DNA of 59,624 nt, the filler included. It is 5 parts of 5 records of this genome, joined end to end, with 100 filler letters (N's around TTAATTAATTAA, not from the genome) between each part and the next. Parts side by side here need not be neighbours in the genome. Positions count along the whole stretch, not along the records: positions 35,848 to 59,624 come from DRR723986_17158; 4 more parts are not named here. The stretch is one strand, 5' to 3'. Under the pieces are notes generated by a model. The model made no database searches. It was not told where the DNA came from and worked only from the letters and a program-made list of their open reading frames with translations. How positions within the stretch are numbered: the first letter of the stretch is position 1; each line of letters opens with the position of its first letter. Below are positions 38,535 to 48,308 of this stretch, piece by piece. The translations under genes were made by a program, and so were the position numbers.

Positions 38535-39778
38535 ATCCGGACCTCCGGACGAATCGGTATGTGGCGCTCTTTCCATTCAACGTGTCCACGGCGGAAGGCA
38601 GTCAGGGAATCCAGGGCTATCAGTAAAATATATAGCACTGCAACGGGATGCAAAATCAGTCCGCTCAGCAGTGGATGTGCAAATCGCCACGCAAGCAAAA
38701 GGCGTACTGCGGCTATTACCGCCAGTGTGGCCCAGGCCACGTAACTACCGGTCAAAAACGCCAGCAGGTACGGCACGGGGCCGGCCAGCAGCAGAGCCAT
38801 GGCCAGGACTGCAAACAGACCAATTCTGAAACCCGTAAGACCAAAGAGATTTTTGGCAAAACCGGCACGAACTTCGGCAGCCGAATGGTACATGCGTCCG
38901 AAGACACAATCGCGACCGGAAAATGTTAGTGTGCGCACCGCATGTTGTTTGGCACGCCGTGCAAGTTCCGTGTCCTCCACAATCTGGCTGCGCACGGCAC
39001 TGTGGCCGCCGACAGCGTCATATCCTGCACGCGCCCACATCATCCATTGCCCGTTGGCGGCGGCAAGCGCCGGATTGGGACTTAAGTACGTAAGCCAAAG
39101 CGGCAGCCCCGCATAGACAAACAGGTCAACCATTGGCACGGCCAGCTTTTCTGCCAGGCCGACAGTTTTCTGATGTGGAAATGCCGAGAGCAGACCAAGT
39201 TGTTTGGCCTGCAAGTAATTCACACTTTTACGCACGGCATCGGGCCGGCAAGTATTATCGGCATCTGTAAATAACAGGATCTCACCGCGTGCGGCCTGCG
39301 CCAGACGGTGGCAGGCCCAGTTTTTGCCGGTCCAGCCGGACGGCGGGCCCGCCGGTTGATCCGCCGGACCAGCGGAATCTGTTGTTTTCAAGCTGAATGA
39401 ATCGATTGCATCTTCGTGCTCGTCGCTACCGGAAGCTTGCGTCTCAGAGCCGGAAATGAGGCGAATGCGCGTGTCTTTGGCGGCATAACTTTCTACGATT
39501 CCGGCTGTGCCGTCGCTGGAGCCGTCATCGAGCACAAGAATTTCCAGATCGGGATAGTCTTGTGCAGAGAGCGCGTCCAGGGATGCTGCGATGCTGCGTT
39601 CTTCGTTGCGGGCGGGCACGAGCACGGAGACGAGGACTGAATCGCTGGATTCGGGGTCTTGCGGCTCAGGCGCATCGCGCAGAAAAGGCCCGAATATCGC
39701 GTTAAAAATGAGCACGAGTAGCCAGATAATTGCGATCAGCAAGCCAGGCACAGCCAGAAGTTCAGTTAGCTCTGTCAC
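38531..39778 (-). CDS. GT2 glycosyltransferase, carotenoid glycosyltransferase (CruC/CrtQ-like)
   Basis: VSVLVPARNEE, LDDGSSDGT, PSGWTGKNWAC, FTDAD, ANGQW, VEDTELAR; lies in the crt operon. Confidence 0.85.
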   Translation of the reverse strand: MTELTELLAVPGLLIAIIWLLVLIFNAIFGPFLRDAPEPQDPESSDSVLVSVLVPARNEERSIAASLDALSAQDYPDLEILVLDDGSSDGTAGIVESYAAKDTRIRLISGSETQASGSDEHEDAIDSFSLKTTDSAGPADQPAGPPSGWTGKNWACHRLAQAARGEILLFTDADNTCRPDAVRKSVNYLQAKQLGLLSAFPHQKTVGLAEKLAVPMVDLFVYAGLPLWLTYLSPNPALAAANGQWMMWARAGYDAVGGHSAVRSQIVEDTELARRAKQHAVRTLTFSGRDCVFGRMYHSAAEVRAGFAKNLFGLTGFRIGLFAVLAMALLLAGPVPYLLAFLTGSYVAWATLAVIAAVRLLLAWRFAHPLLSGLILHPVAVLYILLIALDSLTAFRRGHVEWKERHIPIRPEVRI

Positions 39779-39789
39779 GCTTGCGCCCC

Positions 39790-40521
39790 CTAGTCTGCCG
39801 CTGCCGACGTGTTGCCGCGCATGCTGTCCACGCGACGATTGATGGAACGCTGTCCGTGATGCAAGACCCGATACTGCGTTCCGGCGACGATGTCCGCGCC
39901 GGCTGCATCCAGATTTTCAGTAAGGAGCGCTTCAAGCTGCGGCATTTCAATGCCACCTCCCGGCGCTACGGTCTGCAGCGTGCCAAATCGCAGAAAAGCA
40001 CCTGGACGCTGTTCTCCTAGAAACTCTAAACGTATTGCCAGGGGCAGCACAGCAACAGGCTGATTCAACTGACGCAAGATCCAGTCGAGACCACGCTTAA
40101 AACCAAGCGGCCGAATGTTGGGCGGCAAGAGTTCTCCCTGCGGGAACAGCGTCAGTAGCACCTGCGGTTGAGCTGCAGAATCCAAGATTTGCGTGACGTA
40201 GCGCAGGCTGGGGAGCATGGTTGCTGCGGAATCACGTTTGATAGAGAAAGCGCCTAAGCGACTGAAGAACATATACTTACGCAGCTCTTCCTCAAGCATC
40301 ATCAGATAGAATTTCCGCTCAAAAACCTGCTCATTCAGGTACCAGGTCAGGAATCCGTCCCACCATGTTCCGTGATTGGGAACAAGAATGATGGGCATGG
40401 AAGCAGGCAGCGCCGGTAGCGCATTAATCAGCGTGACACTTGTAAAGTGTTTAGATAAAAGGCGCTGCAGATACAGTCGGAAAACATGCCGATGAATCTG
40501 ACTGTGACGCGCGCGGATCAT
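39790..40521 (-). CDS. Lysophospholipid-acyltransferase family protein (CruD-like carotenoid-glycoside acyltransferase)
   Basis: PNHGTWWDG (HxxxxD), LGAFSI, FPQGEL; start trimmed to ATG 40521. Confidence 0.8.
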   Translation of the reverse strand: MIRARHSQIHRHVFRLYLQRLLSKHFTSVTLINALPALPASMPIILVPNHGTWWDGFLTWYLNEQVFERKFYLMMLEEELRKYMFFSRLGAFSIKRDSAATMLPSLRYVTQILDSAAQPQVLLTLFPQGELLPPNIRPLGFKRGLDWILRQLNQPVAVLPLAIRLEFLGEQRPGAFLRFGTLQTVAPGGGIEMPQLEALLTENLDAAGADIVAGTQYRVLHHGQRSINRRVDSMRGNTSAAAD

Positions 40522-40552
40522 GGCTTTTTCCGGAAGAGACTGGAACGAGGAA

Positions 40553-41497
40553 TTAGGTGCGAGCGAAGCGTGAACGAATGACTTCGCGCAATAATATAAG
40601 CGATTTCTGTTTGGTTGGAACAACTACCCTACCAAGGAAAGGATTGAAATCGCGCAGTTCCAGTCGGTCCAGAATACCGCCGTAAATGCGTGCAGCGGAA
40701 TAGATTGTAAAGCGCGAATCGGCATCCAACATCGCTACGCCCGGCATTGAGTCTCTGTAGTAATTACGTGCGCGTTCGGTCTGGTAGCGCAGAAGCTCGC
40801 GCAATTCCGGCGTGACTTTCTCTGCGAGAATATCACGCTCGGTGACTCCGAACTGGCATAACTCTTCACGCGGCAAGTAAATGCGCCCCAAATTTTTGTC
40901 TTCCTGCACATCGCGCAGAATATTCGTCAGCTGCATTGCGATACCGAGTTTTTCGGCATAGTCGATTGTTTTGGGGTCAGAAGCCCCAAGAACGTGCGTC
41001 ATCATCAGGCCAACCACAGCCGCAACGCGATAGCAGAACAGATAAAGTTCATCGAAGGTCTGATAGCGCGTGTACAGCAAATCCATTTCAACGCCTTCGA
41101 TCAGCTCCAGCGCATATTCGAGTGGGATACCGTACAGGCCTGCCGCCGCTACAAAGGGACGAATAATCGGATGTTCCGACTCGCCCGTCCTGAAGGCCAG
41201 GCGCAGTTCAACCCGCAGGGTATCAAGCTCGGCGCGCAGTTCGTCTTCACTGCGGTCGCGTGGATTATCGATGATGTTATCGGCATACCGGCAGAAGCCG
41301 TAGACCGCATACGTGGCCCAACGCTTATGTTCCGGCAGGAAGCGCGCCGCCAAAAAGAAAGATCGTGCATTGATGCGCGTTAAACGCCGCATGTATTCAA
41401 AGTCGTTCTGCAGGCGCGCATGCCGCCAAAAAAACTTGCCGTAGTCGCCACGCGGAGCAAAAACTTCGGGTTTCTGTTTGAGCGCTACACTTTTCAT
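40553..41497 (-). CDS. crtB: Phytoene synthase
   Basis: ARSFFLAA, YGFCRYADNIID, YCYRVA-like FCYRVAAVVG, QLTNILRDVQED, RIYLP. Confidence 0.93.
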   Translation of the reverse strand: MKSVALKQKPEVFAPRGDYGKFFWRHARLQNDFEYMRRLTRINARSFFLAARFLPEHKRWATYAVYGFCRYADNIIDNPRDRSEDELRAELDTLRVELRLAFRTGESEHPIIRPFVAAAGLYGIPLEYALELIEGVEMDLLYTRYQTFDELYLFCYRVAAVVGLMMTHVLGASDPKTIDYAEKLGIAMQLTNILRDVQEDKNLGRIYLPREELCQFGVTERDILAEKVTPELRELLRYQTERARNYYRDSMPGVAMLDADSRFTIYSAARIYGGILDRLELRDFNPFLGRVVVPTKQKSLILLREVIRSRFART

Positions 41498-43014
41498 GTT
41501 TGCAACTCCACATTACTCTTGGCGGGCGTGCCCAGGTCGTTAAGCACAACTTTCTCGGCGACTTCGGCGGAAAGCATTACTCCGGGCACACCGGCTCCGG
41601 GATGTGTTCCCGCGCCTACAAAGTAAAGCCCCTCAATATCTTCGCTGCGATTATGCGGACGGAACCAGGCTGTTTGTGTTAGCCGCGGTTCGACTCCCCA
41701 AGGGCTGCCGAGGTGTGAATTGCGCTCGCGCTGGAAGTCTTCGGGATTAAAAGTCTCGAGAACTTCAATGTTCTCGCGCAAATCCGTCATGCCAAAGTCG
41801 TTTTCCAGGTAGTCCAGCACAGCGTCTGCAAACTGAGGCCCCTTGGTGGACCAGTCGATATCCGCCTGCAGGTTAGCCACCGGAATCAGGACGTACATAC
41901 TCTCACAACCCTCAGGCGCCATGCCGGGGTCGGTGCGCGTGGGCACATGCAGGTACATCGAGAAATCATCCGGCAAAACTTTGCGATCAAAAATGTCCGT
42001 TACCAGTTCGCGGTAGCGTTCGGAGAGAATCAGTGTGTGATGTAACAACTCGGGGTACTGTTTGCGCACGCCGATGTACAACAGGAAACAGGACATCGAG
42101 TATTTGACTTTGTTAAGTTTGCGGTCCGACCATTTACGACGGCTCTCTTTGGCCAGCAAGGTTCCGTATGTGTGTGCTACATCGGCATTCGACACAACTC
42201 CGGCACCACGCCAGGAACCAACGGCCGTCTCCAAGCCAACGGCTCGATTGTTCTCAACAACTATCCGTTTAACTTCGGCGTTGACATGTATTTCGCCACC
42301 CAGGTCCAGAAAGAGCTGTTGCAGCGCTTCGACTACGCTATACATTCCCCCGCGAGTGAACCAGACGCCGCCGCTTTTCTCCAAATATGGAATCATCAGA
42401 TATACTGACGGCGAACGAAAGGGGCTACCACCAATGAAAAGCGGATGAAATGAAAACGAGAAGAGAACGCGCGGATCCTTGAAGTATTTCTTCACAAAGC
42501 TGTAAGCCGGCAAGAGCGCTTTAAGTGAGACTGCGCGCGGTATGAACTCAGCCATTGTGCCGAGCGAGTCAAAAGGCTCCGAGCCAAGCCCGTCGGTAAT
42601 CACCGCGTCGTAGATTTTGCGCGTATCGTCGATAAACCGGTCGTACTGCTTCGCGTCGTCACTATTTAATTCGGCTATGCGTGCGCGCATCAGGTCGGCA
42701 TCACCGGTGTAGTCAAGTTTGGAACCGTCGTGGAAGTAAATGCGATAGAAGGGTTCGAGTGGTAACAACTCCAGATAGTCGCTCAGTTTACGGCCGCCGG
42801 ATTCGAACAGGCGTTCCAGAATGAACGGCGCCGTAATCAGACTGGGGCCCATGTCAAAGGTATACCCATCGCGTTTGAGTTGGGCTGCGTGGCCGCCGAC
42901 GGCCGCACCTTTTTCAAACAGGCTAACCTGAAAGCCGCGTGCCTGCAGGCGTATCGCTGCGGCAAGGCCACCAAATCCAGATCCAATTATTGCCAGTTTC
43001 TGTGCTGTACTCAC
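41494..43014 (-). CDS. crtI: Phytoene desaturase
   Basis: IIGSGFGGLAAA, FDMGPSLIT, FSFHPLFIGGSPF, TQTAWFRPHN, VGAGTHPGAGVPGV. Confidence 0.9.
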   Translation of the reverse strand: MSTAQKLAIIGSGFGGLAAAIRLQARGFQVSLFEKGAAVGGHAAQLKRDGYTFDMGPSLITAPFILERLFESGGRKLSDYLELLPLEPFYRIYFHDGSKLDYTGDADLMRARIAELNSDDAKQYDRFIDDTRKIYDAVITDGLGSEPFDSLGTMAEFIPRAVSLKALLPAYSFVKKYFKDPRVLFSFSFHPLFIGGSPFRSPSVYLMIPYLEKSGGVWFTRGGMYSVVEALQQLFLDLGGEIHVNAEVKRIVVENNRAVGLETAVGSWRGAGVVSNADVAHTYGTLLAKESRRKWSDRKLNKVKYSMSCFLLYIGVRKQYPELLHHTLILSERYRELVTDIFDRKVLPDDFSMYLHVPTRTDPGMAPEGCESMYVLIPVANLQADIDWSTKGPQFADAVLDYLENDFGMTDLRENIEVLETFNPEDFQRERNSHLGSPWGVEPRLTQTAWFRPHNRSEDIEGLYFVGAGTHPGAGVPGVMLSAEVAEKVVLNDLGTPAKSNVELQT

Positions 43015-43211
43015 TTTTGCCTCTGATCACTCTGTGACTGAATTGTACCGGCTCCACGTTCGGTACATCCCCAATAAGTTAAATTCCTGTCCTGTCTGCA
43101 ATCCCTATCAGCGCGAATGGTTGCACCGGCTGCGGCAACAGCCGAATTAACAGAGTAAAGCGCTGCTTTAACCCCGTCAATTCCTGCCACTGCGGCTCTC
43201 CCGCCGGTATT

Positions 43212-44714
43212 TTAGCCAAGATCATCGGCTGCCAGGTTCGCAGCGATTTTTCCCGATAAGATTACGAGCGGAACTCCCCCGCCCGGATGTGATGATCCGC
43301 CTGCAAAATACAAACCACGCAGGTCGCGGCTGCGGTTAGCCGGGCGCTTAAATGCGCTGAAGGGCGTGTTCGATGAAAGCCCATAGATACTGCCGCGATT
43401 GCTGGCGTAGTATCGCTCAAAGTCATGCGGTTTAATGACGTGTTCCGATTCGATTGCTGCTCCGGGATCAATTCCGGCGCTACGCAAACGGTGCAGCACG
43501 GCAGCGCGCAGTCCATCGATGTCTGCTTGTACTGCGTTAGCATAGTTCTGCGAATCCGAAATATAGGGCATGTTAACCAAAACAAACCAATTCTCACCAT
43601 CTGCAGGCGCATGTTGCGCGTCCGTTCGTGAGGTGATTGCCACATATACCGTCGGAGCGCGTGGTGTGCGCCGCGTGTGGAACAAGTCATCAAACTCGGA
43701 TTGGTAGTCCGCGGAAAACAGAATATTGTGATGCGCCAGCTTAGGGCTTTTCTTCCCAACACCCCACAAAAATGCACAGCCGGAGAGCGAAGGTTCCATG
43801 GTGCGCAGCCGCGTAGTACGCTTGTCCAATCCCTTAATCAGCCTGGAATAGCTCGTAACCACGTCCGCATTACAAAGCACCTGCCGCGCCCTGTATTCGC
43901 GATTCTGCACGCGCACCCCCTGCACCGCTCCACCTGCATGCAGAATCTCATCCACGCCGGTCTCCATCTCAAACTGTACACCCAGCTCCAGTGCCAGCTG
44001 GTGCAAAGCCTCTGCCAGGCGATACATGCCGCCACGGATATAATATCCGCCCAAACCAAACTCCACGTGCGGAATGATGTTCAGTGTTGCCGGTGCGCGG
44101 TAGGGGTCAGAACCATTGTAGGTGGCGTAGCGATTAAACAATTGCACCAAACGCTCATCATCGAAAAATGAACGCACAGCCTTATCTACCGTCCGGAAAG
44201 GATCGATGTGCCGCAGCAGGCGCAGACGCCACAAATTCTGCGCGGTCAGCAATTGACGGATCTCGTGGATTGGCGAGAACAGAAAGACATCAGCCGTGGC
44301 CTCGTAAATTCGGCGGCTGTACTGCATAAATTGCTGCCAGTTTGCCACTTCCGCTGGATTAAACTTCTCCAATGCTCCGCGCATTCTGCCTTCGTCGGCG
44401 AAAGTATCCAGCTGCGCGCCGTCGGCAAAAAAGTAACGACAAATCGGATCCACAGCGTCAAAATCGATGTAATCGCTGCGCTTGCGGCCTGCAGCCTTAA
44501 ACACTTCGTCAATCACAAAGGGCATGGTCAGCAGCGAAGGACCGGTATCAAAACGATAGTCGCCCAACTGTAGTTCGTTCATCTTGCCGCCAACAGTGGC
44601 ATTCTGCTCAAAAACGCGCACACGCATACCGCGCAGCGCAGCGTATATTGCCGCCGAAAGGCCTCCCAGCCCCGCTCCAACAACGATCAATTCAGAATTG
44701 GATTCACTCTTCAC
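43212..44714 (-). CDS. crtD: Second CrtI-family FAD oxidoreductase, most like 1-hydroxycarotenoid 3,4-desaturase CrtD
   Basis: VVGAGLGGLSAA, FDTGPSLLTMP, QLFNRYATYNGSDPY, GGSSHPGGGVP; GTG start 44714; CrtD versus CrtP-like cannot be settled by eye. Confidence 0.65.
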   Translation of the reverse strand: MKSESNSELIVVGAGLGGLSAAIYAALRGMRVRVFEQNATVGGKMNELQLGDYRFDTGPSLLTMPFVIDEVFKAAGRKRSDYIDFDAVDPICRYFFADGAQLDTFADEGRMRGALEKFNPAEVANWQQFMQYSRRIYEATADVFLFSPIHEIRQLLTAQNLWRLRLLRHIDPFRTVDKAVRSFFDDERLVQLFNRYATYNGSDPYRAPATLNIIPHVEFGLGGYYIRGGMYRLAEALHQLALELGVQFEMETGVDEILHAGGAVQGVRVQNREYRARQVLCNADVVTSYSRLIKGLDKRTTRLRTMEPSLSGCAFLWGVGKKSPKLAHHNILFSADYQSEFDDLFHTRRTPRAPTVYVAITSRTDAQHAPADGENWFVLVNMPYISDSQNYANAVQADIDGLRAAVLHRLRSAGIDPGAAIESEHVIKPHDFERYYASNRGSIYGLSSNTPFSAFKRPANRSRDLRGLYFAGGSSHPGGGVPLVILSGKIAANLAADDLG

Positions 44715-45384
44715 TTTTGCGACGCTTCTTAAGCCATTCAAACAGCATGGCACAATATCCCAGGTGAGACATGCCGTAGAAAAAATCTTCGATCGGAATC
44801 GTCCCCAAACGTACATCCAGCTGATATTCTACACCGTAAAGTACAACCGGGCGCCAAGTCAGATAGGTGTTAAAGATCAGCGTCAAAGCAAATACAATCG
44901 GTAGAAAAACCAGTGTCTTGCGCCGCTTAAAAATATGTGTGCCCAACAGCAGGTCCACAATCGGCGTCAGGCCCATGAACAAGGCCGCCAGGGCCGAGTA
45001 TTCCTTGCCGGTCAGCCACAGCACAAAACTGAGTGGCAATAGTGCCAGAAGCACAAGTCGCCAGGGCCGCGCATCTACATCCTGCTTGTCCCAGGCATCG
45101 GGAAGCATATGCCAAACAAATAAACATGAGAACGGCACTGTGATGAAGAACAGCCACTCACCCAAGGGCAAACCAAAAATCCGCCAGGACATAGTGTAGA
45201 GTTCGTTAAACCACCAATGCCTGCCCGTAACCAGAATGTCCCAGGTGATATAGGGAATCAAAACTATAATGGCAGCCGCAAACACCTGCGGAAACAGGTG
45301 CACGAATCGCGTACGCGGCATAAATGCCGCGATAAACGGAACGCAAATAACGATGAAGTTAAAAATTAGGTATTCGGCCTGCAT
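44704..45384 (-). CDS. Membrane lycopene cyclase (two CrtYc/Yd-like repeats)
   Basis: WDILVTGRHWWFN...LPLGEWLFF and RLGTIPIEDFFYG (PxE[ED] motifs). Confidence 0.85.
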   Translation of the reverse strand: MQAEYLIFNFIVICVPFIAAFMPRTRFVHLFPQVFAAAIIVLIPYITWDILVTGRHWWFNELYTMSWRIFGLPLGEWLFFITVPFSCLFVWHMLPDAWDKQDVDARPWRLVLLALLPLSFVLWLTGKEYSALAALFMGLTPIVDLLLGTHIFKRRKTLVFLPIVFALTLIFNTYLTWRPVVLYGVEYQLDVRLGTIPIEDFFYGMSHLGYCAMLFEWLKKRRKSEE

Positions 45385-45579
45385 CTATCTGCCAGTATAG
45401 GTCCGCTGCAAAATCTAATTTAAGCTGAGCGCAAGGCCTTTCCAAACGAAGTGGAGTGAATCGCAATTACAAGCCCCAATGCCCACAGCCCGCATGCCAA
45501 AAACGAGTCAACAATCAAAGATATCAAGCCAAAAACTGATCAGCTGCGGGTGGCGGGACTCAGCTGGAATCCATCCAAC

Positions 45580-45612
45580 AAAAAATGCATGACCACTCTC
45601 GCAGTCATGCAT
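45580..45612 (-). terminator. Rho-independent terminator
   Basis: ATGCATGAC/GTCATGCAT stem with an A-run on + (U-tract on -), downstream of 45671-46156. Confidence 0.6.
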
Positions 45613-45670
45613 CCTGTATTTCCTGAAGCATTACTTTTGCCTCAGCGCCAAAATCAACGTCACGATCGCC

Positions 45671-46156
45671 TTAAAAGTCGTAGCGTACCAATGTCGGGAA
45701 GTCGTTAAGCTGAATCAGGATTGTACCGCTCGACATATTATAGCGGTTGCGGAATACTTCGCGCAGTTCCGAGAGGTCAAACTGAACTTCCTGCGAACGC
45801 ACCACAGCGCAGTCATCATCCACGGCACCTTCGGCGCGCAATTGCAGCTGCGCCTGAATCGGAAAGGACTCAGCAAACTGGCGTGCGCCGAGCAAATCAA
45901 AGCTCAGATCCTCACATGCTGAATACTGCACAAATGCGCTCAGCATGTCTCCATACACCGTTGCACGCTCTATCTCCATATCTGCCAATTGTGCAGACTC
46001 AGAGTCCAATGCCAGTTCATCTTCCAGCAGCAGCGTTGCAAGCGGTTCTGCCTGGTTCGGCAGTAATTCACCGGCGGTTACTGACTTTTTATTAAACGAA
46101 TATGCCAGTGCGCCAAACACCGCCATAATCACGATCATGCCCTGAATTAATCTCAT
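45671..46156 (-). CDS. Hypothetical exported protein
   Basis: GAAGGAGG RBS before ATG 46156; N-terminal hydrophobic segment; Cys pair in a beta-rich domain. Confidence 0.65.
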   Translation of the reverse strand: MRLIQGMIVIMAVFGALAYSFNKKSVTAGELLPNQAEPLATLLLEDELALDSESAQLADMEIERATVYGDMLSAFVQYSACEDLSFDLLGARQFAESFPIQAQLQLRAEGAVDDDCAVVRSQEVQFDLSELREVFRNRYNMSSGTILIQLNDFPTLVRYDF

Positions 46157-46560
46157 CTCTTCCTCCTTCAAATGCAAAGGGCAGTTGCTGAAAACTGCCC
46201 TGCATCTCTTCATCTTTTCAATCGTTCTCAATCCCTGGAAGCACTGGAGTTTTTACACTCCGGGGCTCTTCGACTGCGACATCACTCAACGTTCCAGGCC
46301 TAAAACAATCACTGTGGAAACAGTCTGTGGGCGGCACCTCCTTTGGCCTTTTCCCACTCCGCGCAGCTGCACGCGGCCCTCGTTCCAAACAATGCTTCAG
46401 TCTACGCGGAAGTTACACCCTGCTGCATGCCTTGTTTCCCTTTTCACTGCTGTCTGAACCCTAAGATTTCAGACACCACCTCACTACAAGGCTGCTTAAC
46501 AAAAGTTCGTGTTATCGCCAACAAAGAGTCTATTTTCCGGGAAATGTTTCAAAGGGCACG

Positions 46561-47763
46561 TCATTTTGCACTAAATGCAAAGGCCCCTGGATTGCGTCCG
46601 ACTTCATAACGTCCCAACAGGTCACCTTGTTCCGTTACGTGTAAAACTTCTCCGCCCACGACAAAATCGCGTGCATTGCCAATCCAGAATTCGGCATTGC
46701 TCGCATCAAATGCCAGTGAATACCAATGCTCATTTTCGGGACTATCCTGCGCATAAATGACTTCCGGCTCAGCGTCCGTCGCATTCAGGTCAATTCCGAT
46801 CACGCCGTCCAGTGTTATGGTGTAGAGATGTTCCCATTCGGCGTCGTACAGCAAATCGTAGATCATCGATGGCAGACGCCAGTGCCGCAGAACCTCCCAG
46901 CTCTTAGTCGAATATTCCACTATCCCCGCCAGCGAGTCATTTTGTGGCCAGTTACTGCCCGGCAAATGCAGGTAATGCGCATACAAGCGCGAAGCATCGC
47001 TGTTAAAACAGACGTCCGTCGTGTTCGGTCCCGGACGCAACAATCGCGTCTCAATACCTAGTGTGATGTCAACCAGAGAAACGGTTCCGGCTTTGGGATG
47101 ATCCCTGAACACCGTTCCAAACCCCGAATTCGCAACTGCCAGCAGATTCCCCGCCAGCGCCATCTTTTCCGGTGCCGAACCAACAGCGATGCAGTCTGCG
47201 GCATTTGGTGCTACGCCCGACGTCACATCCAGCGGCAGCACACAGTCGCTGAGCGCCACACTCACAAACAATTCGTGAGAAGAATTTCCAGCCAGAAATC
47301 GCGGCGACATACCTTCCGGCATCACAACACGTCCTAGCCAGCTGCCGTCCGCGGCGTCAAAATATTCAATCGTACGCGAGCCGTCCACAGCCACAAAAAT
47401 CGTGTCACCAAGCAGCAGCATATCATTGGCGGTATCGCCCAGGCGCAAACCCGGATTTGTGCGCACGAAGACATCATTTTCAATCCGTGCGCCGTCTCGC
47501 TCCCAGCGGCTAAGTGTCGAGTTATCAGCGCCTTTGTTGCCTTCACATAAAATGTAGGTTGAATTGGCTGACACTCCCGGCGCGGGTCTAACCGGGTCAT
47601 CTTCGTCTGCGCAGCCGGACAAAATGAGGAGTAAACTGCCGGCCAGCAGCAGCCAGTTACATGGTTTGCAGCCGTACCACAATTGGCGTGTAAAGTCGCC
47701 AATCTTGCCGTGTACAGATTCAGAGTTTTGAGTCTTCAGCAGTAGCTGCATTCGTTCCGTCAT
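46561..47763 (-). CDS. YncE/BtuG-like beta-propeller surface lipoprotein; start probably downstream of 47763
   Basis: Lipobox LLLILSG-C followed by an acidic ADEDD; YILCEGNKG...NSTLS...NDVF...LGDTANDM; repeated propeller blades. Confidence 0.75.
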   Translation of the reverse strand: MTERMQLLLKTQNSESVHGKIGDFTRQLWYGCKPCNWLLLAGSLLLILSGCADEDDPVRPAPGVSANSTYILCEGNKGADNSTLSRWERDGARIENDVFVRTNPGLRLGDTANDMLLLGDTIFVAVDGSRTIEYFDAADGSWLGRVVMPEGMSPRFLAGNSSHELFVSVALSDCVLPLDVTSGVAPNAADCIAVGSAPEKMALAGNLLAVANSGFGTVFRDHPKAGTVSLVDITLGIETRLLRPGPNTTDVCFNSDASRLYAHYLHLPGSNWPQNDSLAGIVEYSTKSWEVLRHWRLPSMIYDLLYDAEWEHLYTITLDGVIGIDLNATDAEPEVIYAQDSPENEHWYSLAFDASNAEFWIGNARDFVVGGEVLHVTEQGDLLGRYEVGRNPGAFAFSAK

Positions 47764-47849
47764 TATCAGGTTTCAGGTATAATTCTCAAAGGAGGTATGC
47801 ATTCATCGTAGCGGTCGGCCTAAAATGCCCAACACAACTCAGCGCTTGT

Positions 47850-48131
47850 TTAGCGCCGTGGTTTGCGGCCGTAAGGACAGTGCCGGCAGCCGCTCTCACA
47901 GCAGTATCCGCGATTCTTCAGGTAAATTGCCGAAAACACCAGCAAGCCACTGACTGGGTCGATGTAATATTCTTCATCGCGCCGGCAGGCTTGTCTGTGG
48001 ACTTCCACCCAGGGTTCTTCCACCCGGTGCGTCTTGCGCATCCCTGCCGGATTCGGACTATTTGGATTTGAGGACTCCGTCATGTTTTGGGTCATGTTTT
48101 GGGCCATGTTTTGGGCCATGTTTTGGGCCAT
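47850..48131 (-). CDS. DUF5522-like small Cys-rich protein; start ambiguous
   Basis: YYIDPVSGLLVFSAIYLKNRGYCCESGCRHCPYG. Confidence 0.75.
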   Translation of the reverse strand: MAQNMAQNMAQNMTQNMTESSNPNSPNPAGMRKTHRVEEPWVEVHRQACRRDEEYYIDPVSGLLVFSAIYLKNRGYCCESGCRHCPYGRKPRR

Positions 48132-48132
48132 G
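48081..48132. repeat. 12-bp VNTR (CATGTTTTGGG[C/T]) x4 plus a partial unit
   Basis: Units at 48081, 48093, 48105 and 48117, with CATG at 48129. Confidence 0.95.
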
Positions 48133-48308
48133 CTTACGGACTTTGTATTCTGACAATCAGGCCAATTGCCAAACTTGTTTTGCGGAACCGACTCGTTGGG
48201 CAGGATGACGAAGTCACGCCAATGCAATTGGAGTTTTTATTGCGTCGTAAAAAGCCGTATTTTGCGCACTTGCAGATTTTGCTCGAACAAATGCTTAAGC
48301 AGAGACCT

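Noticed and set aside
47764-48308. Cobalamin riboswitch near the BtuG-like and DUF6580 genes
   Set aside because: No B12-box or other conserved riboswitch core visible on either strand
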